Source: a virus. From it: DNA of 43,895 nucleotides. Below, piece after piece: positions 1-8,056 of the stretch. Each line of letters opens with the position of its first letter. Positions within the stretch are counted from its first letter, which is position 1. The notes under the pieces were generated by a model, which was given only the letters and a program-made list of their open reading frames with translations, searched no databases and had not been told where the DNA came from. Position numbers and translations under genes: made by a program. The stretch lies in the UHGV virus genome UHGV-0356621. The stretch is one strand, 5' to 3'.

Positions 1-166
1 TTTATTAGAAATTTGCACTTAAATCAAAAAGTTACGGACAATCCAACCACCAATCAATAAATTAAAGGGCACATTAAAGTACACAATATTTGTGCCCTTC
101 TCTGTTTCTTTCCCGTTATCAGCTAGCTGGAAACTTTTTATACAGAGTTGAGAGCCCTACTCCATA
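1..166. repeat. Terminal direct repeat, copy 1 (matches 43730-43895, 164/166 identical)
   Basis: Aligned by eye. Mismatches are at 16 (c vs a at 43745) and 87 (t vs g at 43816). The repeat covers the region downstream of the invertase gene plus its last 48 nt, and it runs to the window edge, so its true length is unknown. Confidence 0.95.
65..99 (-). terminator. Hairpin downstream of the invertase gene (possible terminator)
   Basis: AAGGGCACA (65-73) pairs with TGTGCCCTT (91-99), a 9-bp stem with a 17-nt loop. On the minus strand it is followed by the U-rich TAATTTATT. It lies 20 nt after the invertase stop. Confidence 0.45.
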
Positions 167-667
167 CGTTTTTGATACGCTTTGTCGTGATTCACCGGTT
201 GCCATCCGCTCCCCCATTTCCCGCCATTGCTCATCCGTGAACTTAGGCCTGCGACCACCAACTCGCCATTTTGCCCTGGCTACGGCCAGCCCTGCTAAGG
301 TACGTTCGCTATTAAGATCAGATTCATATTGTGCTGCGGAAAGGATGTTACGAAAGTTATAGCGGCCGCTGGCTGTTTTGAGATCCACGCCATCGGTAAT
401 ACTGCGGAAGTTGATACCCTTTTCCTGTAGCTGCTGGAACATCAACAGCGCATGCAGAACGTTGCGGCCTATCCTGTCCAGCTTCCAGACCACCAGTTCA
501 TCCCCCGACTGCATAGTGGCGATCAGCCGTTTTAGAACCGGCCGATTCGATTTCCGCCCGCTGGCATGCTCTTCAAAAATTTTCTCACAACCCGCTGACT
601 TGAGCGCCGTTAGTTGCAATTCAGTGTCCTGGTGGTTTGTTGATACTCGGGCATAACCGTAAATCAT
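119..667 (-). CDS. Serine recombinase, Hin/Gin/Pin/Cin-type DNA invertase
   Basis: MIYGYARVSTNHQ... carries the catalytic Ser motif, then VVWKLDRIGR, and a C-terminal HTH ending GLSTLYKK, as in Pin/Gin. The length of 182 aa is typical. AGGAG lies 4 nt upstream of this ATG; the track ORF (to 766) has a non-homologous N-terminal extension. Confidence 0.9.
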   Translation of the reverse strand: MIYGYARVSTNHQDTELQLTALKSAGCEKIFEEHASGRKSNRPVLKRLIATMQSGDELVVWKLDRIGRNVLHALLMFQQLQEKGINFRSITDGVDLKTASGRYNFRNILSAAQYESDLNSERTLAGLAVARAKWRVGGRRPKFTDEQWREMGERMATGESRQSVSKTYGVGLSTLYKKFPAS

Positions 668-671
668 GGGA

Positions 672-698
672 TTTCTCCTGTTATGAAAACAGGAGAAA
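672..698 (-). promoter_or_regulatory. Perfect 11-bp inverted repeat (TTTCTCCTGTT-atgaa-AACAGGAGAAA) covering the invertase Shine-Dalgarno
   Basis: Read directly. In the mRNA sense the 3' arm AACAGGAGAAA contains the SD and ends 4 nt before the ATG at 667. Confidence 0.7.
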
Positions 699-846
699 CG
701 GCGAAGCATCACCAGATTTTTGATGGTTATAAAAAAGGTTCGTTTAGAACTGGAGGGATGGTGCATGACTATGAAAGACGATGCTATTTAGATAGATAAA
801 CGGCGGGTCTCACTGGTGTGCGGTGATACAGCAAAACCCGTATAGA

Positions 847-1287
847 CTACACCTCTGGAGGAACAGGCCAGTTAACATTCTCGGGGTCGATTGTTACATC
901 AGCCTCTTTAACCTCATTTTTATAGGCCAGCCACGCTGACAACTTCGCTCTGTTGGCGTCGCTGATTTCACCGAGCATCAACTCCGTTCTCCAGTCGAGC
1001 ATAGTGGCGTCAGCTTGATTCAGTAAATGTTGGCGATAGCGCTCTGCTGCGGCCAGTAACTCATCGTAGGTTGGTGTCGGGATATCAACCCATACTGGCT
1101 TCGAATTTTTCGCCCCCAATATTTTCCCAGCAGGAGGAGTTACGCGCCAATATTTCTCGGCATCTTCATTTGAGACCTCAGTTGCATCTTCTGGCCATGT
1201 ATTTTCTGAATATGTGCCATCAGATTTCCATGAAGCAGGAATGAATGAGAGTAATGAGGGAACAAAATATGCGACTGTTTTTGTCAT
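847..1287 (-). CDS. Tail fibre assembly protein (Tfa/U-like chaperone)
   Basis: It lies immediately downstream of a tail fibre gene. The C-terminal half (YDELLAAAERYRQHLLNQADATMLDWRTELMLGEISDANRAKLSAWLAYKNEVKE) is the typical Tfa motif pattern. Confidence 0.8.
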   Translation of the reverse strand: MTKTVAYFVPSLLSFIPASWKSDGTYSENTWPEDATEVSNEDAEKYWRVTPPAGKILGAKNSKPVWVDIPTPTYDELLAAAERYRQHLLNQADATMLDWRTELMLGEISDANRAKLSAWLAYKNEVKEADVTIDPENVNWPVPPEV

Positions 1288-1288
1288 A

Positions 1289-2449
1289 TCAGAATCCTAA
1301 TGCAAACCAGCGGAAACCGTCTGCTGGAGTTGCTGTTGATACCCATGAGAAGAAGAAATTGACATCAGAGTTAGAAATGGCACCAACCTGAGAAAAAACA
1401 TCAATACCGGCATTTCCTGACAAATTGGACGGGGTTGCCATTGCCATCAAGGAGAAATTCGGGAACGGTGTTGGGAAAATAACGTTTTGCACCCCTTCTG
1501 GTATAGACTTTAAAACAGCGCCCCATTGAATTATTAACCCACCAGAAACGTCTGGAATGCGGACAAAATCATTCGCTGCAAAATTTCTCTTTGGAAGAAA
1601 TGATTTCAGGCCGCTGGCATCTACCATTTTTTTAGCCGTACCCGACTGAATATCAGCGGCGGTAGCGATCGGCCCCAATCCCAAACCTGAAAGTACTCCC
1701 GCTGCATCACTCCTGCCGAGTATTGTTCTTGCGAATGCTGTCAGATCGGTTATTGCTACAGTATCTTCGCCAGTGAAGTAAGGTAATTTATTTGCTGAAC
1801 TTGCCAGGGCTGCAATGGCAGTTAAAGTTGCATCCAGTGGTTGTTTCCCATTCAGCAATTCAGTTATGCCAAGGTAGTTCACGATATCAGCAATTTTTTC
1901 TGCCGCCACGACTGTGCGCCCAACGGTTGTAATTCCAGAAAGTCTGGCTGTGTTGCTGTCGTCAAAAAAAGGAAAACTGTTCCCAATGCCATTCAGCGTT
2001 GCGAGCTGCTTTAAACCAAGGTATGTGAGAATGTCAGCAATAGTATTTTTCCCGATAATGTCACGGCCAACAGAAGTTAAATCAGTCTGCGCTGCTGTAT
2101 CATTTCCAGTGAAATATGGGAGTTTATTTGCACCTGTTGCGAGCCCAGCTAATGCCGTCAGCGTGGCGTCAAGCGCCTGGAAATCCTTACCGAACGCGGC
2201 GGACATTTTGGTGATAAACCCGTTCAGGTCACCATCATCAAGCACGTCCAGCCCGCTTTTGTTAGCGGTGTACTGCGCCAACGCTGCCGCTATAAAGCTG
2301 GCCTGTCGAATGGCTTTGTTTACCTGCGCACTGGATGCCTTTCCTGCCATGAATCCAGAGAGTAGAGCCGGAAGTGTTTCCCAGTCAGCCTGGGCTGTCA
2401 CGTTAGCGTTAGGATCAATCGCAAACGCTTTAAAGTTATTTGTTGCCAT
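1289..2449 (-). CDS. Tail fibre protein 2 (side fibre)
   Basis: The N-terminus MATNNFKAFAIDPNANVTAQADWE... is common in enterobacterial prophage fibres. There are three internal repeats of the DATLTAxAxLAxxANKLPYFTGxDT...TDLT motif. AAGGAA SD is present. Confidence 0.8.
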   Translation of the reverse strand: MATNNFKAFAIDPNANVTAQADWETLPALLSGFMAGKASSAQVNKAIRQASFIAAALAQYTANKSGLDVLDDGDLNGFITKMSAAFGKDFQALDATLTALAGLATGANKLPYFTGNDTAAQTDLTSVGRDIIGKNTIADILTYLGLKQLATLNGIGNSFPFFDDSNTARLSGITTVGRTVVAAEKIADIVNYLGITELLNGKQPLDATLTAIAALASSANKLPYFTGEDTVAITDLTAFARTILGRSDAAGVLSGLGLGPIATAADIQSGTAKKMVDASGLKSFLPKRNFAANDFVRIPDVSGGLIIQWGAVLKSIPEGVQNVIFPTPFPNFSLMAMATPSNLSGNAGIDVFSQVGAISNSDVNFFFSWVSTATPADGFRWFALGF

Positions 2450-2458
2450 TTTTATTCC

Positions 2459-2761
2459 TTAAGCCCAGACGCGAGCCAGTGTTTTCGGTGCAACCACAAA
2501 GTCGTTCAGCCCGGATAAATCGAGCGAGTCATTCATGACCCGCAAATTGGCGTGATAGCCGGGTTCGGTGGTGTACTTGATAACTTCGTTTTCCTCGCCG
2601 GAATTGATAACTTCAGCAGGAACAGTGATAACGCCGACGATATCCAGGCTGATATCAGGGTGATAAAAACCACCCTGTCCCTCATCATCCACAAACCCCG
2701 CCGCGATTAATTGCGTGCGCATTTGGTTGGCGTCATTAAAGCGCAGATATAAGTCTCTCAT
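2459..2761 (-). CDS. Hypothetical protein between the two fibre genes (possible fibre accessory/chaperone)
   Basis: 100-aa ORF whose start overlaps the upstream fibre stop by 1 nt (shared base 2761). No recognisable motif; the call rests on position only. Confidence 0.45.
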   Translation of the reverse strand: MRDLYLRFNDANQMRTQLIAAGFVDDEGQGGFYHPDISLDIVGVITVPAEVINSGEENEVIKYTTEPGYHANLRVMNDSLDLSGLNDFVVAPKTLARVWA

Positions 2762-4269
2762 TAGCGGAGTCCATTGATTTGGTTGGGAGTTAGCAGGCGG
2801 TGCCAGATACGGAAATTGCGAATGTGGTAAACAAACCTTACGGATGTAGTTTGGTTTATATTCCCTATATACGAAACGGATTGCGTGATGTCATTAGGAG
2901 TAACGCTATGAGAGTTTGAATTACCGTTGTAGTAGTTTGATATCCTGCCCCTTTCCGTTGTATGAACGAATACTCCGCTACTACCCTGGAGGCAAGGTAT
3001 ACTAATGTCCGTTGAACTTCGATACGATTTTACTGTGTTGTCGTTAACCCACCTGCAAACAATATCATTGCTTGGGCCTTGTACCTTAACAACTTCAATA
3101 TATCCATCGGAAGCCTGTAAATATTTAGGGAAAAATTCAAATGCCAAAGTTCTGTTGAATAGCGTTGCAAGAGTAGGGTATCCACAGTTTTCTTTCGGGA
3201 TTTGCCAGTAATCAGCAGCTCTTGTAACTGTAGTTGCGGCCGTCGGGATATAGGATGTTGGGAATGGGCTATCTTCTAATTGTGCGCCCCAGGCGTATAA
3301 ACCAGATACGCCATCTCCGGTATAGATTGTTGACACACCATTTGCTAATTGAATGCGAATAACTGTTCTCTGACTCGCTCCGGCTGTGAAAACCATCCAG
3401 ACACGGTATATGCCATTTCCGAAATCATCAAAACCACGATCAACAAATTGAGCACCATGGCCAGGCCCAACCCAGGCACCTGCAGCCGGGTCAAAGAAAA
3501 CGCCTGATGTACTACCAGAAGCAACACGCAGATATAAATTACGCGGGCTGGTGTGAGCTTTTACGAAAACCGAATAACAATAAGTTGTTCCTGCTGTTAA
3601 AATAATATTGCGGTCTTGTGCATAGTGTTCAATGGTAGGGGAGGTACTCTCAATTATAAGCGCCATCGTTTTATCGCCGCGAGGCGAGTCGCCGCTATTA
3701 TTCGTTGTGGTAACGTCTTTCCCTGCGTCCCACTGTTCTGAATATGTATACAGGTTCGTAATCTGATGCTCAATTAAAAGCCCCTCTTTCTCAAAGCGCG
3801 GCTCATTAATTGCCGCCGTCTTCAGCACACCAGATTTATCGATGTACGTCGCCGTCGTTGAGCGAGTGAACGTCATCGACTTAGTGGGCAGAGGGTAACT
3901 TGTGCCGGCCACTGTGATTGTGTCCGCCGGCGCGATCCCGGCCAGCAGGCGAAGGTCATCGGACAGCGGCGCCCAGACATCCGGGAACGGCGCATCAACG
4001 TAAACGGTGGCGGCAGCCGAGTTCGCAGCATCAGCTGCGCTCTGGGCTGCTGCAGCGGCTGAACTGGCTGCAGCCTGCGCCGACTGGCTCGCTGATTGCC
4101 CTATCGCAACTACGTCGGCTTGTAGTCCGGCAAGCGTTTTAGCTTTTTTGCCCGTTCTGGTCGTAACCTCCTTACTGCTGGAATTTACGACCTCATCCAG
4201 AGTCTGCTGGTTATCAGCAAAGTCACGCAAATCGCTGGATGGTACTGAGTTATTTGTATTGTAAGGCAT
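2761..4269 (-). CDS. Tail fibre / receptor-binding protein 1
   Basis: It follows the baseplate genes. The N-terminal Ala/Ser/Gln-rich shaft is SASQSAQAAASSAAAAAQSAADAANSAAA. The C-terminal two thirds (about 2761-3700) are visibly more AT-rich than the flanks and rich in beta-strand-like sequence. Confidence 0.7.
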   Translation of the reverse strand: MPYNTNNSVPSSDLRDFADNQQTLDEVVNSSSKEVTTRTGKKAKTLAGLQADVVAIGQSASQSAQAAASSAAAAAQSAADAANSAAATVYVDAPFPDVWAPLSDDLRLLAGIAPADTITVAGTSYPLPTKSMTFTRSTTATYIDKSGVLKTAAINEPRFEKEGLLIEHQITNLYTYSEQWDAGKDVTTTNNSGDSPRGDKTMALIIESTSPTIEHYAQDRNIILTAGTTYCYSVFVKAHTSPRNLYLRVASGSTSGVFFDPAAGAWVGPGHGAQFVDRGFDDFGNGIYRVWMVFTAGASQRTVIRIQLANGVSTIYTGDGVSGLYAWGAQLEDSPFPTSYIPTAATTVTRAADYWQIPKENCGYPTLATLFNRTLAFEFFPKYLQASDGYIEVVKVQGPSNDIVCRWVNDNTVKSYRSSTDISIPCLQGSSGVFVHTTERGRISNYYNGNSNSHSVTPNDITQSVSYIGNINQTTSVRFVYHIRNFRIWHRLLTPNQINGLR

Positions 4270-4297
4270 GGATATTCCTTGAACGATTCACAGGAAA

Positions 4298-5071
4298 TTA
4301 AAACGGCGAATCCCATGCTCCCCGATCGAAACCGGAAACATATTCATCATCGAGGTCGAAACCGAAAAACTGATATCCAGCAGATGGCCTGATAATTTCA
4401 CGGATGCGAACGCCAGCGGGCTTAATAGTCAGATAGCCATTTTTTATTACCCACACCATTTCATTGCTCAGGTCATCAATCGGATTATTGAAATACTGAG
4501 AGGGTGTGTAATCCGCCGGGAGGTCGATAAACGGCCCGCCATTTATAGCCGAGTCTAAAATAAGCCTGTCTGTTGGATTGATAATCGCGTCAGGGTCAGC
4601 GAGAACCCAGACAGACTCTGTCATGTCCAGGTTATCAATTATCGCCATCCTGATGCCGGAGCCAGCCAGCGCCACATCCAGAATATCCGGTATGCTTTCG
4701 TTGCGGCCGTCCCACTGGTTCATTGCCGCCTTGGCATTAAGCACGACACGATAAGTATCGTCGCTTAGCTGCATCAGGCCTTCATCCGGGTCAAATGGCC
4801 CCTGCCAGTTACCGCGATCCCACCCAAGGCTGTCTGTGTCCCAGGAGAAGTAGACGCCGGTTATCGGCGTAGACACCTGCCTGCTGCGGCCGATCCACTC
4901 CCCCAGGATATCCAGTTGGACACCGATGGCTGTGTCCAGGTCAAAGCTGTCAATCAGCCCACCAGTTGCAATATAGGTATCAGTCAGCGGGCGGGTGATC
5001 AGGTCAATGTGCTGCGGGAAGAGTTGCCGGGTCGCGTGATAGTTTGTGATCAGCTCGGTATATTTGCTCAT
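4298..5071 (-). CDS. Baseplate/tail protein (DUF2612-like, gpI position)
   Basis: It lies after the baseplate J-like gene with a 4-nt overlap. FDLDTAIGVQLDILGEWIGR resembles the DUF2612 family (recalled from memory). Confidence 0.6.
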   Translation of the reverse strand: MSKYTELITNYHATRQLFPQHIDLITRPLTDTYIATGGLIDSFDLDTAIGVQLDILGEWIGRSRQVSTPITGVYFSWDTDSLGWDRGNWQGPFDPDEGLMQLSDDTYRVVLNAKAAMNQWDGRNESIPDILDVALAGSGIRMAIIDNLDMTESVWVLADPDAIINPTDRLILDSAINGGPFIDLPADYTPSQYFNNPIDDLSNEMVWVIKNGYLTIKPAGVRIREIIRPSAGYQFFGFDLDDEYVSGFDRGAWDSPF

Positions 5072-6264
5072 GAGGCGGTCACCTTGATGTTTGCCACATC
5101 GCAGTGCGCCGCCTCATCGAACAGAATGGTGATATTGGCTGCTGCGGTAGTGGAAGCGCTTTTCCCGACCTTCAGAGAGGTGATGTCGTAGAACTTGCTC
5201 TCCCCGCCGCTCATTACGCCCAGGTTAGCCGGAGAGTAAACCCGGCTCAGCAGCACGGGGTCGCCGATGCGCAGCGAGTTTATATATTTCGCCACCTCTG
5301 CCTTAATTCTGTCCGCCGTTGAGGTGGTGTAGCCAGGGTAAGTGGTTAACGTGATATCCACGAAAACCTCTACCACTTTCGGGCGCGAGAATCGTATTTT
5401 CTTGGATTCACCATATCGGCCCACCAGGTTTACGGTTGTCGTGCCGAATGGTGTTGTCCCAACATCCTTTTTACCGGCGATCACCGTGGCGATTTCAGTG
5501 GCATCGCCGCCGTCAACGATGCAGCACATAGAATGCGCTGGCAGACCGTTGGAATCGGTAGTTTCAGAGTCGTTCTCATAACTGCGCAGTCGGGTTACGC
5601 CAGTGACGTTAAGCAGCGCCCCGTCCACACCCTCCATGGTGGTTTGTAATGTCAAGGCAGTACTGCGGGCCTGCCGTTCGCGCAGCTGAGCGTCTGTTTC
5701 GCCACTTTCCCCCACGGTTGCTGCAGCCGGGTTATTCACTGTTCTCCACCCGCGCGTCGGCGAGGCTATACGATTTATGGTGTTAGCCAACGCCACCACC
5801 GGGCCAGAAATAGAGCAGGTGGCGGTAACTGTGATAGACTGGGTTTGCGGGATAATCACGCTGGCAGGCAGGTTCCAAACTGTGCCGTTCGCATCACGCA
5901 CACTGCCAGCGGTGATCTGCGTGCCGACGTCGCCTTCAATCACTACGTCTGCCGTGGAGTTGGTCGCCAGCTTCCTGGTAATGCCGTTGATTTTGACGTT
6001 ACTGGACAGCGCCCGCCCCATGCTCGTACTGGGTGAGAACGAGTTATAGGCAGCGATACTGGTGTTGTTCGCGTCATGGATTCCCAGCGCGTAAATCGCC
6101 AGCATTTGTCCGTCTTTGCTGTCTGGTTCGAGGTAGGCATCACTACCGTAAATCTGCCTGAAATAGCTGGTCAGTGTATCAAGGATTGTCTGGTAATCAG
6201 GCGCACTAATCCCCTGGGCGGTTACCGTTGCCGATAGCCCCAGCGTGTCGAGGTTCAAAGCCAT
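5068..6264 (-). CDS. Baseplate J-like protein
   Basis: 398 aa with a GETDAQLRERQARSTAL motif typical of the gpJ/gp47 family. It lies between the W-like and I-like genes. Confidence 0.75.
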   Translation of the reverse strand: MALNLDTLGLSATVTAQGISAPDYQTILDTLTSYFRQIYGSDAYLEPDSKDGQMLAIYALGIHDANNTSIAAYNSFSPSTSMGRALSSNVKINGITRKLATNSTADVVIEGDVGTQITAGSVRDANGTVWNLPASVIIPQTQSITVTATCSISGPVVALANTINRIASPTRGWRTVNNPAAATVGESGETDAQLRERQARSTALTLQTTMEGVDGALLNVTGVTRLRSYENDSETTDSNGLPAHSMCCIVDGGDATEIATVIAGKKDVGTTPFGTTTVNLVGRYGESKKIRFSRPKVVEVFVDITLTTYPGYTTSTADRIKAEVAKYINSLRIGDPVLLSRVYSPANLGVMSGGESKFYDITSLKVGKSASTTAAANITILFDEAAHCDVANIKVTAS

Positions 6265-6618
6265 TTATGCCTCGCTTGTTACAGTCGTCTGGCCGTAGAT
6301 TGTGTCAATGGAGGAAGTGAAGGTGACGCGACGGCTGGTGCCGTCATAATTGGTATCGAAGGAAAGAATCGACAGAACGCCCGGCGTATCCTGTATGCGT
6401 TCGCGTATAGCCAGGATGTAGACGTCAGATCGCTGTTTACCCAGCACTGATTGAACATATGGCGTGCCTTCCGTCAGATCGAGAAACCACTGACCGCGCC
6501 ACAGTTCGAAACGGGTTTTCACGGCCTGGGCGACACACTCCGGACTGTCGATAAGGAAAGTATCGTCACCCTGCCCGAAAGTGTAATCGCCGTCAGCATC
6601 TTCGCGACGGTATCGCAT
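6265..6618 (-). CDS. Small baseplate protein (gpW/Mu gp46 position)
   Basis: 117 aa, directly abutting the J-like gene. The call rests on position and size. Confidence 0.55.
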   Translation of the reverse strand: MRYRREDADGDYTFGQGDDTFLIDSPECVAQAVKTRFELWRGQWFLDLTEGTPYVQSVLGKQRSDVYILAIRERIQDTPGVLSILSFDTNYDGTSRRVTFTSSIDTIYGQTTVTSEA

Positions 6619-6621
6619 AGA

Positions 6622-7260
6622 TTAACCTCCCAGCGGCTTAGTATTGCTTCCGCCGCTCTCAACGCCGCCATGGGTATGCTTATCCACGATAGAACCGTCC
6701 ACCAGCTGCAAGCGACCGTCAGACAGTATTTTGAGCCCGTTAAGGTTGAATCCGCCCGGCGCTGTGCCATTTATTTCCCCGCTGGATGGGTTAAGGCTTA
6801 ATTTTGTACCGCCGTCATCGCTGCGCAGCTCTACCGAACTGGTACTGATGCCGCTGATTTTCTGCGCTTGCGACTGCGGGCCAACGATGGCGAACGCATC
6901 AGATAAGTCATGCTGGCGCGGGTCGACGGTCTCCTGAACGCCGCCGCTCTGCCACCAGAAATCGATGCAACGGTCGGCAAAGATCAGCAGGCACTCGTCG
7001 CCTTCTTTAACCGGAAAGGTCAACGTGCAACCGCCGCCGCGCGGGAAGATGACCGGCACATCCACCAGCGGTTTTAATTCGGTGGAGCCATCGCCAACGA
7101 CACCGCGAAGCGCCACCTCTACCGTGCAGGTAACAGCGTCAGGATCGAACGACTGAATGATGCCGGGCATCGCTACGCGCATCTGGGTAGACACCGAATC
7201 GGCAATGGCCTGCGCGGTCTGCTGCTCGCCGCCGATCTGTGATTGAGTTGGAATTGGCAT
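6622..7260 (-). CDS. Baseplate spike / assembly protein V-like (Mu gp45-like)
   Basis: 212 aa with an N-terminal OB-like region (VTCTVEVALRG...GDECLLIFADRCID) and a C-terminal Gly-rich tip, as in gpV-type spikes. Confidence 0.65.
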   Translation of the reverse strand: MPIPTQSQIGGEQQTAQAIADSVSTQMRVAMPGIIQSFDPDAVTCTVEVALRGVVGDGSTELKPLVDVPVIFPRGGGCTLTFPVKEGDECLLIFADRCIDFWWQSGGVQETVDPRQHDLSDAFAIVGPQSQAQKISGISTSSVELRSDDGGTKLSLNPSSGEINGTAPGGFNLNGLKILSDGRLQLVDGSIVDKHTHGGVESGGSNTKPLGG

Positions 7261-7269
7261 AAAAACCCC

Positions 7270-7296
7270 ATAAAAAAACCCGCTCGGTGGCGGGTT
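7270..7296 (-). terminator. Rho-independent terminator after the lipoprotein moron
   Basis: On the minus strand: AACCCGC-caccga-GCGGGTT followed by TTTTTTT. It lies 30 nt after the moron stop and 10 nt before the gpV-like start. Confidence 0.8.
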
Positions 7297-7326
7297 ATAA
7301 TTTTCTAAAAATATTAAAGAGCCATT

Positions 7327-8049
7327 TTAAAGTAATCCCATTTTTCTGGCAGCTTCAATATTGTAAACATCTCCACGACCACTACACGGGGCAGCTAATG
7401 TAACCATTTCCACATACCCTTTATTACCTTTCTGTTGGCATATGCTCGCATGCATTTTCGCAAGCCTTGCCGCATGCTCGAAATCTATATAACTATCAAA
7501 CGAAGCTTCACTTAATGCGGTATATTTTGTTTTATCAGGTATGCTATTTATTTTTAACATGCCAGAAAAGTCATTCAACGCTTTAGTTAAATTAGATATG
7601 CAAATATTTTTATAATTAGCATTATCATATGCTGAGGCTCTTTTGCATTCTTCAGCGTATCCAGTGATAGCGATTTGTACACGTCTCATTGTTAAATGAT
7701 AACCACCGACTTTCACATAAACGTTATCCATATTCTGTGAATTTGGATAACGAGTAACAAAGCCCAAATTGTTAAGCGCTCTACTTAGTTCGTTTCCACT
7801 TGAACTTGAAGAATCAACATCTAACTTTTCCACTTCTACTTCAGGGTGTGAAGCTTCGAAATTTTCAGCTTCTTCTTTTTGTTTTTTTAACCGATTTTTT
7901 TGATTTTCATCAACTTGCTTTTCATACTCAACTCTTTCTTTCTCTTTTTGTGCCAGCCATTCCCTTTGTGCATTAACACCATTAGGGTCCCAACTGCATG
8001 AAGTCAAAAACATTGAAAAGAAAATGGGAGTTATTGCAAGCATATTCAT
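7327..8049 (-). CDS. Predicted lipoprotein, AT-rich moron inside the baseplate operon
   Basis: The N-terminus MNMLAITPIFFSMFLTSC has a hydrophobic signal plus an L-T-S-C lipobox. A Lys/Glu coiled-coil stretch follows, then a Cys-containing C-terminal domain. The gene is markedly AT-rich compared with both neighbours and has its own terminator. The track start at 8052 is TTG; the ATG at 8049 is used here. Confidence 0.75.
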   Translation of the reverse strand: MNMLAITPIFFSMFLTSCSWDPNGVNAQREWLAQKEKERVEYEKQVDENQKNRLKKQKEEAENFEASHPEVEVEKLDVDSSSSSGNELSRALNNLGFVTRYPNSQNMDNVYVKVGGYHLTMRRVQIAITGYAEECKRASAYDNANYKNICISNLTKALNDFSGMLKINSIPDKTKYTALSEASFDSYIDFEHAARLAKMHASICQQKGNKGYVEMVTLAAPCSGRGDVYNIEAARKMGLL

Positions 8050-8056
8050 CAAAAAT

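Noticed and set aside
672-698. The 27-bp palindrome upstream of the invertase as a gix/hix-type crossover site
   Set aside because: The symmetry centre is a single base rather than a 2-bp core, the AAACC/GGTTT inner half-site is absent, and no second copy was seen. It is kept only as an SD-sequestering hairpin. Similarly, TGGTGA-N14-TCACCA at 2209-2234 lacks the TTxTC outer motif.
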